Shown here one piece after another: positions 28,578 through 39,292 of a stretch of DNA of 64,000 bases (position 1 is its first letter; every line of letters begins with the position of its first letter). Origin of the DNA: an uncultured delta proteobacterium. GTDB taxonomy: Bacteria; Desulfobacterota; Desulfuromonadia; Geobacterales; DSM-12255. The translations under genes and the position numbers were made by a program. Below the pieces are notes generated by a model. The model saw only the letters and a program-made list of their open reading frames with translations. It searched no databases and was not told the origin of the DNA. The DNA lies in contig CAWBBV010000011.1 in NCBI GenBank assembly GCA_963787125.1, positions 160,001-224,000 on the forward strand, given 5' to 3'.

Positions 28578-29426
28578 TTATATACGTCCGCCGACAACTC
28601 GTTCAATGCCGGCATGATCTTTCGCGGAGAATATAGCAGAAAAACCGCTGACGGCGAACATTTCTGTCACCGCCGCAGACTGTCCGGCACCGACTTCAAG
28701 CAGCAGCCAACCGCCAGGCAGCAGATAATCCGGAGCCGCCGGTGTGATAAGGCGATAAAAATCAAGCCCGTCAATACCGCCATCAAGGGCTGCTCTCGGT
28801 TCAAAATCCCGGACTTCAGGTTGGAGGCTTTTAATATCTGCCGCAGGGATGTAGGGGGGATTACTGACGATAAGATTGAAGCGCTCACCCTTGACCGGAT
28901 CGAACAATGACCCATGCCTGAATTCTACAGAAACAGAGTTCAGCGCCGCATTCCGGTCCGCAAGTTCGATTGCCTCCCTGGAGATATCGACCGAAATCAC
29001 CGTTGCCTCAGGAAGATTTTTGGCGATAGAAATAGCGACGCAGCCGCTGCCACTACCGATATCCAACACCCTGCCTGTGTCAGGAGCAGCCTTGAGAGCT
29101 TCATTGACCAGCACTTCCGTATCGTGTCGCGGAATAAGCGCCGCGGCTGTTGTTCTGTACTCAAGCCCCATGAACTCCTGGCTCCCCAGAATATGCTGCA
29201 GCGGCTCACGCCTCGCACGACGGGATACCATGGAGCGGAACGTCGCGAGCTCTTCGTCCTGAAGAGGTTTGTCAAAGTTCAGATAGAGCCCGACACGGTC
29301 AAGGGAAAGCGCTTCGCAAAGCAGCCATTCAGCCTCAAGGCGGGCATTCTCAACACCTTTTCCGGTTAGGTAGCTTTTTGTCCAATCAATAATCTTGAGT
29401 ACGGTCCAGATTTCACGATCAGTCAT
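28578..29426 (-). CDS. prmC: Release factor glutamine methyltransferase
   Basis: [28 protein letters not shown]. Confidence 0.95.
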   Translation of the reverse strand: MTDREIWTVLKIIDWTKSYLTGKGVENARLEAEWLLCEALSLDRVGLYLNFDKPLQDEELATFRSMVSRRARREPLQHILGSQEFMGLEYRTTAAALIPRHDTEVLVNEALKAAPDTGRVLDIGSGSGCVAISIAKNLPEATVISVDISREAIELADRNAALNSVSVEFRHGSLFDPVKGERFNLIVSNPPYIPAADIKSLQPEVRDFEPRAALDGGIDGLDFYRLITPAAPDYLLPGGWLLLEVGAGQSAAVTEMFAVSGFSAIFSAKDHAGIERVVGGRI

Positions 29427-29456
29427 AATGACGCTATTCGCGGTCCCCTTCGGGCT

Positions 29457-30525
29457 TTAGCCCGCTTCAGACTGGGCTTTAAGCGCCTCCATCTGGTAAA
29501 AAGCCCTGAGAGCATCGGCAATCTCGCCGATCTCCGCCGGCCATGATCATATCAAGCTTGTAGAGTGTCAGCCCGATCCGGTGATCCGTCATCCTCCCCT
29601 GGGGGAAGTTGTACGTACGGATCCGCTCGCTCCTGTCACCACTGCCTACCTGCTGCTTCCGTTCGGCAGCCATGCGACTGCTCTGCTCCTGCACCATATT
29701 ATCAAGGATTCTGGTTTTGAGAACCTTCATCGCCTTGGCACGGTTCTTAATCTGACTCCGCTCTTCCTGACAGGCAACCACAGTTCCGGTCGGAAGATGG
29801 GTAATCCTGACGGCAGAATCGGTCGTGTTGACATGCTGGCCGCCAGCACCGGACGATCGGTAGACATCGATCTTCAGGTCATCCGGGCGGATGTCAATGT
29901 CCATGTCTTCCGCCTCGGCCATGATCGCCACAGTACAGGCACTGGTGTGAATCCGCCCCTGCGCTTCGGTCTCCGGAACCCGTTGCACCCGGTGGGTGCC
30001 GGATTCGTACTTCAGCTTGGCATAAACATCAACCCCTTCGATGGAGGCGATGACCTCTTTATAACCGCCCCGCTCAGACTCTGAGCAAGAGAGCATCTCC
30101 ACTTTCCAACGATTCTTTTCGGCAAAACGGGAATACATTCTGAAGAGATCACCTGAAAACAGGGCCGACTCATCACCCCCAGTGCCGGCACGGATTTCCA
30201 GAATAACGTTGCGGCTGTCATTTGGATCTTTGGGGAGCAGAAGCAGCTTTATCTCGTCATCAAGCCGAATTTTCTCCTCTTCCAGAGACTTGAGCTCCTC
30301 TTCCGCCATCTCCTTCATGTCGGAGTCAGAAAGCATTTCCCGGTTTTCATCAATCTCGTTAATAACTTTTCTGTATCTGCGGTAGGCATCAACAAGCGGG
30401 GCGAGATCAGAATGTTCTCTGGAAAATTTCCTGAATTCCGGCTGATTGGCTATTACAATCGGATCGGATAAGAGCGCTTCCAGTTCCTGATAACGCCGCT
30501 CAAGTTCTTCAATTTTGTCGAGCAT
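29457..30525 (-). CDS. prfA: Peptide chain release factor 1 (single extra base near the 3' end)
   Basis: [16 protein letters not shown] (PxT motif), [17 protein letters not shown]; removing one base at about 29534 restores the tail [20 protein letters not shown]...* (355 aa). Confidence 0.93.
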
Positions 30526-30539
30526 CTATTTAAGTTCCT

Positions 30540-31451
30540 TTAAATTACCAACCGGTCATCCCTGTACCCGGCGTTTACCGCCAGTGCCTCTTCCATGGAG
30601 CGGATAGCAACTTCGAGCTGGCTGTCGTCCGGCTCTCTGGTGGTGAGTTTTTGCAGAGCAAGACCCGGAGTAATAATGAGTTTAACCAGTGGCGACTGAT
30701 CGTTTTTAGCGCTCCACTTGAGGAATTCGTAGGAGATTCCGGCAATGAGCGGCAGGAAAACTACCCGTGAAGCAGCCTTCAGATAGAATGGCCAGAGTTT
30801 GGGGATAAGCGAGAAAACAACGATACTCACAACCATGACGATCAGGAGAAAACTTGTACCGCAACGAGGGTGCAGGCAGCTGTACTTGCGCACATTCTCT
30901 ACGGTCAGCGCTTCGCCGGCTTCGAAGGCAAAGATCGATTTGTGCTCTGCACCGTGATACTGAAAAACCCGCTGAATATCCTTCATGCGGGAGATCAGCC
31001 AGATGTAGAGAAGAAAAACCAGTACCCGGATCACGCCATCAACAAGATTGAAGATAATATTCGAATCCCCGATCACCGGTGTCATCAATTTTGTCAGATA
31101 AAGCGGCATGATGAAAAAAAGCAGAATCCCGAAACCAAAAGCAAATGCCATTGTGCCGGCCATCGCCCAGGGAGAAAGCTCCTGCTTCGCCTCACCCTCC
31201 TCCTCAACCATCGCTTCATTGGCTGAAAAATTCAGGGCTGTCACCCCCATGACAAGGGAGTGAAAAAGCGCCACGGCACCACGGATAATCGGCAGCTTTA
31301 CCAAGGGAAATCTTTCCGAAAGAGGGATCATCTCCTGCTTTTTAACAACAATCTCACCGGTGGGACGCCGGACCGCTATCGCCATTGCGCGAGGAGCACG
31401 CATCATGACGCCTTCAATGACTGCCTGGCCACCGACATTAATCTTTTCCAT
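30540..31451 (-). CDS. DUF1385 family membrane protein
   Basis: VGGQAVIEGVMMR, FQYHGAEHK, HPRCGTSF, LTTREPD. Confidence 0.9.
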   Translation of the reverse strand: MEKINVGGQAVIEGVMMRAPRAMAIAVRRPTGEIVVKKQEMIPLSERFPLVKLPIIRGAVALFHSLVMGVTALNFSANEAMVEEEGEAKQELSPWAMAGTMAFAFGFGILLFFIMPLYLTKLMTPVIGDSNIIFNLVDGVIRVLVFLLYIWLISRMKDIQRVFQYHGAEHKSIFAFEAGEALTVENVRKYSCLHPRCGTSFLLIVMVVSIVVFSLIPKLWPFYLKAASRVVFLPLIAGISYEFLKWSAKNDQSPLVKLIITPGLALQKLTTREPDDSQLEVAIRSMEEALAVNAGYRDDRLVI

Positions 31452-31481
31452 GTTTTCTCCGAAAGGGGTGCTCTGGGACGA

Positions 31482-32186
31482 TCAATTGATTGGGCTAAGA
31501 GCGCTGAAGCGCTCACGGACTTCCCGCATATGTCCACACGTCATGGACCCTTCCGGACAGCCGCCGGAGACGCAGCCAGGACCGGCAGAGCTGAAGATGA
31601 CCGGCGCCGCAGGTTTTACCAGCCGCAGCATTTCAATGGCCAGTGCTCTTATTTCCCACTGGGCACGCTCACAGCAGCGAAGTTCAAAAAAGTGCAACAG
31701 TTCGCGGGCATTCATGGTGACGATAATTTTTGTCTCAGCCGCATTCGGAAGAACAAACCTGGCATCTTCGGCAGGAACGCCGTCTTCAACCAGCTCCCGG
31801 TAAACTTCTGCCGCCGCCTTGACAGCCCGGTTAAAGAGCTCGCTCCGTTTTGGCGACAACGAGATGCTTTCCGGGATTACCAGCGGGAAATCGTCACCTT
31901 TAAAGGTCACATACCGCTGTGACTGCTGGGAATAGGACGCCAGACGATGCCGTACCAGCTGGTGTGAACAGGCTCTCGATATCCCTTCAACCCCGAAGGT
32001 AAAAACAGCGTGTTCAAGCACTGACTGATGGCCGAGCGACATGATCTTTTCAAGGAAAGCGACGATATCGTTTTGGGAAAGCTTGTCGTCCAGCTCCGCT
32101 ATCGACGCGGAGGAGTAGCAAAGCCTGGCAGCAAGGGCAACGCTTCGTTCAGGATCAGATGTGTGCTGGAGAAGAGATACTTTCAT
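31482..32186 (-). CDS. thyX: FAD-dependent thymidylate synthase
   Basis: GHQSVLEH, HQLVRHRLASYSQQSQRY, EDARFVLP, AQWEIR. Confidence 0.96.
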   Translation of the reverse strand: MKVSLLQHTSDPERSVALAARLCYSSASIAELDDKLSQNDIVAFLEKIMSLGHQSVLEHAVFTFGVEGISRACSHQLVRHRLASYSQQSQRYVTFKGDDFPLVIPESISLSPKRSELFNRAVKAAAEVYRELVEDGVPAEDARFVLPNAAETKIIVTMNARELLHFFELRCCERAQWEIRALAIEMLRLVKPAAPVIFSSAGPGCVSGGCPEGSMTCGHMREVRERFSALSPIN

Positions 32187-32216
32187 TCAAGACTCCGATT
32201 CAGACGATAAAACGCA

Positions 32217-32252
32217 AGAGGGGGATTTTTGTCCAAGACAAAATCCCCCTCT
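32217..32252 (-). terminator. Intrinsic terminator-like hairpin after rpmE
   Basis: AGAGGGGGATTTTTGTC-caa-GACAAAATCCCCCTCT (one-base bulge). Confidence 0.7.
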
Positions 32253-32273
32253 GCAAAATAATCGCTAGCGATG

Positions 32274-32474
32274 TTAAACCTGACCGTAGCGCCTCTTGAA
32301 TCTTTCAACGCGACCGGCTGTGTCCATAAGCTTCTGCTTGCCGGTGTAAAACGGATGGCACTGCGAACATACCTCAGTGCTGATCTCCGGCTTGGTTGAA
32401 CGTGTTTCAAAGATGTTGCCGCAGAGACATTTCACTGTGACATCAACATATTTAGGGTGTATTCCTTCTCTCAT
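32274..32474 (-). CDS. rpmE: 50S ribosomal protein L31 (Zn-binding type)
   Basis: [33 protein letters not shown]. Confidence 0.97.
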   Translation of the reverse strand: MREGIHPKYVDVTVKCLCGNIFETRSTKPEISTEVCSQCHPFYTGKQKLMDTAGRVERFKRRYGQV

Positions 32475-32571
32475 TCTTTCATCCTCCTATAAATACTGGC
32501 AATTCACCAATTTATTTTGCTGTAAAGTATAAAAAGTAGCATTTACGAATAATTATTACAAGCAGTTTTTA

Positions 32572-33819
32572 CTACTTGCTCATGGCATCCAGAAATGCCT
32601 GGTTGCTCTTCCTTTCCGAAAGCTTGTCGAGGAGGAACTCCATACTGTCGACAACATTCATAGGGTGAATCACCTTGCGGAGTATCCAGATGCGGTTAAG
32701 CGAAGTTTTCTCGATAAGAAGTTCCTCTTTACGGGTACCTGACTTATTGATGTCGATAGCCGGAAACGTTCTCTTCTCGACGAGTTTGCGGTCGAGATGG
32801 AGTTCCATATTGCCGGTCCCCTTGAACTCCTCAAAGATTACCTCATCCATCTTGCTGCCGGTATCAATAAGCGCCGTGGCAATAATTGTCAGCGACCCAC
32901 CCTCTTCAATATTCCTTGCCGCCCCGAAAAACCTCTTCGGCTTATGGAGAGCATTGGAGTCAACCCCGCCGGAAAGAATCTTGCCGGATGGGGGGATGAC
33001 TGTGTTGTAGGCACGAGCAAGACGGGTGATGGAATCAAGCAGAATCACTACATCCCGCTTGTGTTCTACGAGACGCTTGGCTTTTTCGATAACCATTTCC
33101 GCCACCTGCACATGGCGAGAGGCAGGCTCATCAAAGGTGGAAGAGATTACTTCCCCCTTGACCGAGCGCTGCATGTCGGTAACCTCTTCTGGACGCTCAT
33201 CAATAAGAAGGACAATCAGATATACTTCAGGGTGATTCACGGCGATGGAGTTGGCGATATTCTGCAGCAGCATGGTTTTGCCGGTGCGGGGAGGGGCAAC
33301 GATGAGGCCGCGCTGGCCCTTACCGATAGGCGAGGTAAGCTCCATTACCCGCATAGGCATATTATCAGGCTCTGTCTCCAGATTGAGTTTTTCATCCGGG
33401 TAAAGCGGGGTCAGATTGTCGAAGAAGATCTTGTCGCGCGCCACCTCGGGAGCTTCAAAGTTTACCTTCTCAACCTTCAGCAGGGCAAAGTAGCGCTCTC
33501 CCTCTTTCGGTGGCCGTATCTGGCCGGAGACGGTATCCCCGGTATGCAGATTGAACCGCCTGATCTGGCTCGGCGAGACATAAATATCGTCCGGCCCCGG
33601 CAGGTAGTTGTAGTCCGGCGCCCGCAGAAAACCGAACCCGTCAGGAAGAGTTTCAAGCACCCCCTCGCCGTAGATCATGCCGTTCAGTTCGGTCTGGGCA
33701 TTAAGAAGCGCGAATATCAACTCCTGCTTCCGCATCCCGGAAGCCCCTTCAATGTTCAGCTCTCTTGCAAGGGTATTCAGCTCGCTGATCTTTTTGCCTT
33801 TAAGTTCTTGTAGGTTCAT
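32572..33819 (-). CDS. rho: Transcription termination factor Rho
   Basis: [46 protein letters not shown]. Confidence 0.98.
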   Translation of the reverse strand: MNLQELKGKKISELNTLARELNIEGASGMRKQELIFALLNAQTELNGMIYGEGVLETLPDGFGFLRAPDYNYLPGPDDIYVSPSQIRRFNLHTGDTVSGQIRPPKEGERYFALLKVEKVNFEAPEVARDKIFFDNLTPLYPDEKLNLETEPDNMPMRVMELTSPIGKGQRGLIVAPPRTGKTMLLQNIANSIAVNHPEVYLIVLLIDERPEEVTDMQRSVKGEVISSTFDEPASRHVQVAEMVIEKAKRLVEHKRDVVILLDSITRLARAYNTVIPPSGKILSGGVDSNALHKPKRFFGAARNIEEGGSLTIIATALIDTGSKMDEVIFEEFKGTGNMELHLDRKLVEKRTFPAIDINKSGTRKEELLIEKTSLNRIWILRKVIHPMNVVDSMEFLLDKLSERKSNQAFLDAMSK

Positions 33820-34283
33820 CTTTTCTCCTGAAAACTAAATATACATGTTACCGAATGATTCGGCGTGATTATGGCGAAAAAAGGTACTCTCGAAAGAATT
33901 GCAAAAGCGTTCATGGAAACATTGAGTAAAAAGATTAAATGGTCTGGAGTTCCTGCTTAGTCGGATGGTTAATTGATAATGTTAACGTGCGGATTCAGAA
34001 AGGATATTTCGTTGCTATCTTTATAGCTTCGCTGGAATTACTTTGTCAATAAAAATAAACCGATGGGCGCGTAGCGCTGCTCTTTTACAAAAAGTCGTTT
34101 TCAGACACGAATAAAACACCATAATTCTCCGGCAAATCAGCCAGTTGACACTGTTTCACCGGCACATTAACACAAATAATTTGACAGCAAACTAATATTG
34201 TTCTAACAATTTAGACAGTTTGCTGTTCATGCTTTTCAGTTGAAGCTTCGCATAAATCGCAGCCATGACAGCTCTACCTATAA

Positions 34284-36293
34284 GTGAGCAGCCACGATAT
34301 GATCTCTCCCTTAATCCCGATAATTACAGGCTCCATTCTAGCGGCAGTGGCCGGCCTTCCGCTCTTGTACCGTAATTCAAGGAGAGGAGAGACTTTTTCT
34401 GTCGCCCTCCAGGTTGCTGCCGCGCTCTTCGGCATTGCCGGAGCCCTGCAGACCCTCATTACCGGCACGGCAGAAAGATGGCTCCTTTTCTGGGGACTCC
34501 CGTTCGGACCGGCAGAAATTGGTATCGACCCACTCAGCGCCATCTTCCTCATCCCGATTTTCCTCATCTCTGGCTGCTGCGCCATTTACGCCCAAGGCTA
34601 CTGGCCGGCGGCGGAAAACAGTGATTCAGCGCCAAAACTCTCCTTTTTCTTCAGCATCCTGACCGCATCCCTGGCAGGAGTCGTAATCGCCCGCCACGCA
34701 GTGGTTTTTCTTTTTGCCTGGGAAATCATGGCAATCGCCTGTTATCTGGCAATGACGATTGACAGCCGCAAGAAAGAGGTCAGGGAAGCCGGCATCCTCT
34801 ATCTGGTAACCGCCCATTTAGGCACTCTGGCACTTTTTGGCTTCTTTATCCGGATTCACACCCTGACCGACTCCTGGTCATTTCCTGCAGCAGGGGCACT
34901 GCCGGGATCATCTGCCGCCGCTGGAGCAATCTTCATTGCCGCGCTGGTCGGTTTCGGCATGAAGGCAGGTGTAATGCCCCTGCATATCTGGCTCCCTTCA
35001 GCACACGCCAACGCCCCCAGCCACCTTTCAGCAATCATGTCCGGCGTCCTGATAAAAATGGGGATATACGGCCTTATCCGGACAGTGTCGCTTTTCAACA
35101 CCATCCCCTTCTGGTGGGGGGTGCTGATACTTGCCCTGGGGAGCATCTCGGGGGTTGCCGGAGTTGTCTTTGCCATCGGCCAGCACGACCTGAAGCGCCT
35201 GCTCGCCTATCACAGTATCGAGAATATCGGCATCATCCTTATGGGGATCGGTGTCTCACTCATGGGACTCAGCAACAACATTCCGGCACTCGTGCTTCTT
35301 GGCATGTCCGGAGCGCTACTGCACACGCTCAATCACGCCGTTTTCAAGTCACTCCTTTTTTTGGGTGCAGGAGCAGTTATCCACGCCTGTGGCACTCGTG
35401 AAATCGACCGAATGGGGGGCTTGATAAAGAAGATGCCCTTGACGGCGTTCTATTTTCTGACTGGAGCAGTTGCCATCTGCGGACTGCCGCCCCTGAACGG
35501 TTTTGTGAGCGAATGGCTGATCTATATGGGTTTTTTCAGGGGGATCCTGGATACCGACACTCTCAATGACCCCTACCTTGCCCTGGCAGTTCCGGCACTG
35601 GCTCTCATCGGTGGGCTGGCGTCAGCATGCTTCGTCAAAGTTTTCGGCATAGCTTTCCTCGGCACCCCCCGCACCGACTCTGCCGCTGAAACCCACGAAT
35701 CACCGTTGTCAATGTTAATCCCCATGGGGCTTCTTGCCACGATCTGCATTTTCATCGGCGTCATCCCCCAGAGCATCGCCCCGCTCCTTGAAACCGCAAC
35801 CGACTCTATCTTCCCCGCTGTTGCAGGCAGCACGAAGCTTGCTGACAATGTCTCTCTTTGGATGATTTCAGCCGGGTCTGTCATCCTGCTGCTGCTGATT
35901 GGCTGCGCGGCTGCCATCTACCGCTCCCGTCTCACTAACTCCCCGGTGACAGCTGCTGAGACCTGGGGGTGCGGTTACCGGGCGCCTTCGCCGCGCATGC
36001 AGTACACAGCATCCTCCTTTGCCGCCATACTTACTTCACTTTTTGGCGGCATCCTCCGCACCCACATAAAAAATCCGGAAATAACCGGGTATTTTCCTAA
36101 AAACGCCTCCTTCAGAAGTCATGTTCCCGAAGCTCTGCTTGAAGGAGTATATCTGCCACTCTTTAACAGTGCCAACAGCCGTCTTTCCCTTTTACGCAGG
36201 CTGCAGCACGGCAAGCTGCATCTCTACATCCTTTACATTGTTGTGACCCTGATAGCGCTGCTGGTTTGGAGCCACTTCCGGGGCAGGAGCTGA
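34284..36293 (+). CDS. ehrA: Ehr/Hyf antiporter-like membrane subunit (HyfB-like)
   Basis: AWEIM, GFGMKAGVMPLHIWLP, LKRLLAYHSIENIG, GLPPLNGFVSEW, TWGCGY; start may be ATG 34299. Confidence 0.85.
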   Translation: MSSHDMISPLIPIITGSILAAVAGLPLLYRNSRRGETFSVALQVAAALFGIAGALQTLITGTAERWLLFWGLPFGPAEIGIDPLSAIFLIPIFLISGCCAIYAQGYWPAAENSDSAPKLSFFFSILTASLAGVVIARHAVVFLFAWEIMAIACYLAMTIDSRKKEVREAGILYLVTAHLGTLALFGFFIRIHTLTDSWSFPAAGALPGSSAAAGAIFIAALVGFGMKAGVMPLHIWLPSAHANAPSHLSAIMSGVLIKMGIYGLIRTVSLFNTIPFWWGVLILALGSISGVAGVVFAIGQHDLKRLLAYHSIENIGIILMGIGVSLMGLSNNIPALVLLGMSGALLHTLNHAVFKSLLFLGAGAVIHACGTREIDRMGGLIKKMPLTAFYFLTGAVAICGLPPLNGFVSEWLIYMGFFRGILDTDTLNDPYLALAVPALALIGGLASACFVKVFGIAFLGTPRTDSAAETHESPLSMLIPMGLLATICIFIGVIPQSIAPLLETATDSIFPAVAGSTKLADNVSLWMISAGSVILLLLIGCAAAIYRSRLTNSPVTAAETWGCGYRAPSPRMQYTASSFAAILTSLFGGILRTHIKNPEITGYFPKNASFRSHVPEALLEGVYLPLFNSANSRLSLLRRLQHGKLHLYILYIVVTLIALLVWSHFRGRS

Positions 36294-36294
36294 C

Positions 36295-37221
36295 ATGCAG
36301 CAGCTTGCCAACATAGCCATCCACCTTTTGCTGGTAGCTCTTTTCCCGCCACTGCTCCTTGGCGTGATCAACAGAACAAAAGCGCGCTTTGCCGGCAGGA
36401 CGGGCGCGCCTATCCTGCAGCCTTATTACGACATCATCCGACTTTGGCGCAAAGGCTCGGTATTCAGCCCGACAACATCCCTGATTTTCAGAGCCGGGCC
36501 GGTGGTAACGGTAGCCACAACACTGGCAGCAGCGCTGCTGATGCCGCTGGGCAACCATCCGGCACCGCTGTCGTTCAACGGCGACATGATCCTGTTTGCT
36601 TACCTGCTTGGCCTGGCGCGTTTCTTCACCGTTGCGGCGGCCCTTGATACCGGCTCAAGCTTTGAAGGGATGGGGGGGGCCAGAGAAGCAACCTTCGCCT
36701 GCCTGGCAGAACCGGCTCTTTTCTTTTCACTGGTGGTTCTTGCAAGAATCAGTCACTCTTTGTCGCTGACAGGGATGCTGAACGACTTTCCGCCAACTGT
36801 CTGGTTTGGTTCAGGTGCGGCGCTGCTCCTGATGGTCGGAGCGCTCTTCATCCTCCTGCTTTCGGAAAACTGCCGGATACCTTTTGATGACCCCAACACC
36901 CACCTGGAGCTGACCATGATTCATGAAGTCATGGTACTTGATCACAGCGGCCCGGGGCTTGCTGCCGTTCTTTACGCCGCCGCCCTGAAACTTCTCCTGT
37001 TGGGAGCCCTGTTCATTCATATAACCGTTCCTTTCAGAAGCGGCAATTTTCTCCTGGACTGGTGCGCTTTCAGCGGGGCGATGATAATTCTCGCCATCAC
37101 CATCGGCATTGTTGAATCTTCCATGGCACGGCTCAAACTGACAAGAATCCCGCAACTCCTGATTGCCGCCTGCATTCTCGCCGCTTTTGCCATGCTCCTG
37201 GTTGTGAGGCAGACATCATGA
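36295..37221 (+). CDS. ehrB: Ehr/Hyf NuoH-like membrane subunit (HyfC/HycD-like)
   Basis: GAPILQPYYDI, ALDTGSSFEGMG, ENCRIPFDDPNTHLELTMIHE. Confidence 0.88.
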   Translation: MQQLANIAIHLLLVALFPPLLLGVINRTKARFAGRTGAPILQPYYDIIRLWRKGSVFSPTTSLIFRAGPVVTVATTLAAALLMPLGNHPAPLSFNGDMILFAYLLGLARFFTVAAALDTGSSFEGMGGAREATFACLAEPALFFSLVVLARISHSLSLTGMLNDFPPTVWFGSGAALLLMVGALFILLLSENCRIPFDDPNTHLELTMIHEVMVLDHSGPGLAAVLYAAALKLLLLGALFIHITVPFRSGNFLLDWCAFSGAMIILAITIGIVESSMARLKLTRIPQLLIAACILAAFAMLLVVRQTS

Positions 37222-37856
37222 ACACTTTTGCCGACCAGCTCCTCGTACTGGTATTTCTCCTCAACTTCATGATTCTGGGGACAAGCCGCATCAACATCGC
37301 CATCCGGGTCGTAGCTGTGCAGGGGGTAGCACTGGGGCTCATCCCGTCAATCCTGCATGATTTCTCCTGGCATCTGTTTCTGATCTCCGCCGGGATGATT
37401 GCGGCCAAAGGTATTTTTATCCCCCTACTCCTGAGCAAAGCGGTTCGCTCCATCGGCATTAAAAGGGAGGAAGAGCCTTTTCTCGGCTACATTTCAATCA
37501 TGCTCATCGGTGCTGTTGCCACCGCGCTGGCATTCATCTTCGCCGAGCAGCTCCCTCTGGCCCCCCAGCACAAAGGACTACTGTTTGTCCCGGCAGCCAT
37601 AGCGACATTCATGACCGGCTGCCTGCTCCTTGTCAGCCGTAAAAAGGCGATCTCGCAAGTCACCGGTTACCTCATTCTTGAAAACGGCATCTTTATTTTC
37701 GGCCTGCTCCTGACAGAGGCGATGCCGGTTATGGTTGAGGCAGGGGCGCTGCTCGACCTGCTTGTCGGCATATTTGTCATGGGGATCATCATCAACCAGA
37801 TCAGCCAGGAGTTCTCGTCAATTGACACCTCACGGCTGACGTCACTGAAAGAGTAG
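37218..37856 (+). CDS. ehrC: Ehr/Hyf membrane subunit (HyfE-like)
   Basis: QVTGYLILENGI, VEAGALLDL. Confidence 0.85.
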   Translation: MNTFADQLLVLVFLLNFMILGTSRINIAIRVVAVQGVALGLIPSILHDFSWHLFLISAGMIAAKGIFIPLLLSKAVRSIGIKREEEPFLGYISIMLIGAVATALAFIFAEQLPLAPQHKGLLFVPAAIATFMTGCLLLVSRKKAISQVTGYLILENGIFIFGLLLTEAMPVMVEAGALLDLLVGIFVMGIIINQISQEFSSIDTSRLTSLKE

Positions 37857-37858
37857 CC

Positions 37859-39292
37859 ATGATAGCCATTCTCATCATGATTCCGTTTCTTGGCGCCATA
37901 GCCGCCTGGATAATGCCTGACAACCGGCAAAGACCACTTATCCTCCCACTCATTGGCGCTCTGCACCTGATGCTTGCACTTACCCTGATCGCGTCTCCCC
38001 CTCCACTGTCCCTGAATGGCTGGATTTTTCTCGATCCACTGGGAAAACTTGTCCTACTTGGCGTCAGCACTCTTTTCTTTTTCTGCTCAATTTACTCCGT
38101 AGGTTATCTTGCCTACCGGCAGGAGCGCAGCAACCGGACCCTCTGCATGGGGCTCCTCCTCTGCCTGGCGGCAATGTCCCTGGTCACCGTTGCACAGCAC
38201 CTGGGGCTGCTCTGGATCGCCATCGAAACAACCACACTTGCCATGGCCCCCCTTATCTACTTCAACCGCAACGCCCGCTCAATCGAAGCAACCTGGAAAT
38301 ACATGCTCATCTGTTCTATCGGCATCGCCATGGCACTCCTCGGTCTCTACTTCCTCGCCTATGCGACAGTCGTAGCAAAACATGAACCGACTCTCCTTTT
38401 GGCGCCACTTTTGGCCGGAGCGAAAACACTCTCACCGGCATGGCTGAACGGTGCCTTCATCTTCCTCCTGGTCGGTTTCGGCACAAAAATCGGCCTGGCA
38501 CCGCTGCACACCTGGAAGCCTGATGCTTACGGGGAAGCGCCGGGTCTTGTCGGCGCCCTGCTTGCCGGAGGATTGGTAAATTGCGGTTTCCTCGGCATCT
38601 GCCGGATCTATCAGATATGCCTGGCCGCCGGCAATTCGCTTTTTTACCAGGAAGCGTTGACTGCTCTCGGCTTTCTCTCCATGCTGACCGCTGCTGTTTT
38701 TGTTCTCAAACAGGCCGATTTTAAAAGGCTGCTGGCCTACTCAAGCGTCGAACATGTCGGCTTTATGGCAATCGGCCTGGGGATTGGCAAAGGGGCTACC
38801 TACGGAACACTTTTCCACCTGTTCAATAACGGCCTGACAAAGGGAGTTCTCTTTCTGACAGCGGCAAACATTCACCGTTCCTACAAAAGTAAACGTGTAG
38901 AGAGGGTGCGTGGTGTCATGGAACGGCTACCATGGTCCGGCTGGCTCTTCATGGCAGCGCTTTTTGCCATTACCGGTTCACCCCCTTTTTCGACCTTTAT
39001 CAGTGAATTCCTGATTCTGAACGGCATTTTCGCCGCCGGTGAAAACCTGGCGGGGATTGCTATCATAGTTCTTTTCGGCATTATCTTTATCGGCATGGCG
39101 ACCACTATTCTCCCGATTCTGACCGGCCGCGCCGGCAAAGAGCTTGATGACAGCGGCTACCGGGACAGAGTTTTGACTGTTGCGCCACCGTTTATCCTCA
39201 TGCTGCTGACCCTGCTTTTCGGTATCTGGATACCTGCGCCGCTCCATTCAATCCTGACTGACGCAGCAGCGATGCTCGGGGCAAAACCATGA
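37859..39292 (+). CDS. ehrD: Ehr/Hyf antiporter-like membrane subunit (HyfF-like)
   Basis: SIEATWKY, GFGTKIGLAPLHTWKPDAY, KRLLAYSSVEH, GSPPFSTFISE. Confidence 0.88.
   Translation: MIAILIMIPFLGAIAAWIMPDNRQRPLILPLIGALHLMLALTLIASPPPLSLNGWIFLDPLGKLVLLGVSTLFFFCSIYSVGYLAYRQERSNRTLCMGLLLCLAAMSLVTVAQHLGLLWIAIETTTLAMAPLIYFNRNARSIEATWKYMLICSIGIAMALLGLYFLAYATVVAKHEPTLLLAPLLAGAKTLSPAWLNGAFIFLLVGFGTKIGLAPLHTWKPDAYGEAPGLVGALLAGGLVNCGFLGICRIYQICLAAGNSLFYQEALTALGFLSMLTAAVFVLKQADFKRLLAYSSVEHVGFMAIGLGIGKGATYGTLFHLFNNGLTKGVLFLTAANIHRSYKSKRVERVRGVMERLPWSGWLFMAALFAITGSPPFSTFISEFLILNGIFAAGENLAGIAIIVLFGIIFIGMATTILPILTGRAGKELDDSGYRDRVLTVAPPFILMLLTLLFGIWIPAPLHSILTDAAAMLGAKP

Noticed and set aside
29479..30525. Programmed frameshift or novel RF1 C-terminus
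   Set aside because: No slippery CTT-TGA site or internal SD; a single indel explains it
32797..33813. Long antisense ORFs (338 aa opposite rho; similar ones opposite murA, ilvA and mscS)
   Set aside because: Shadow frames of well-supported genes with no motifs
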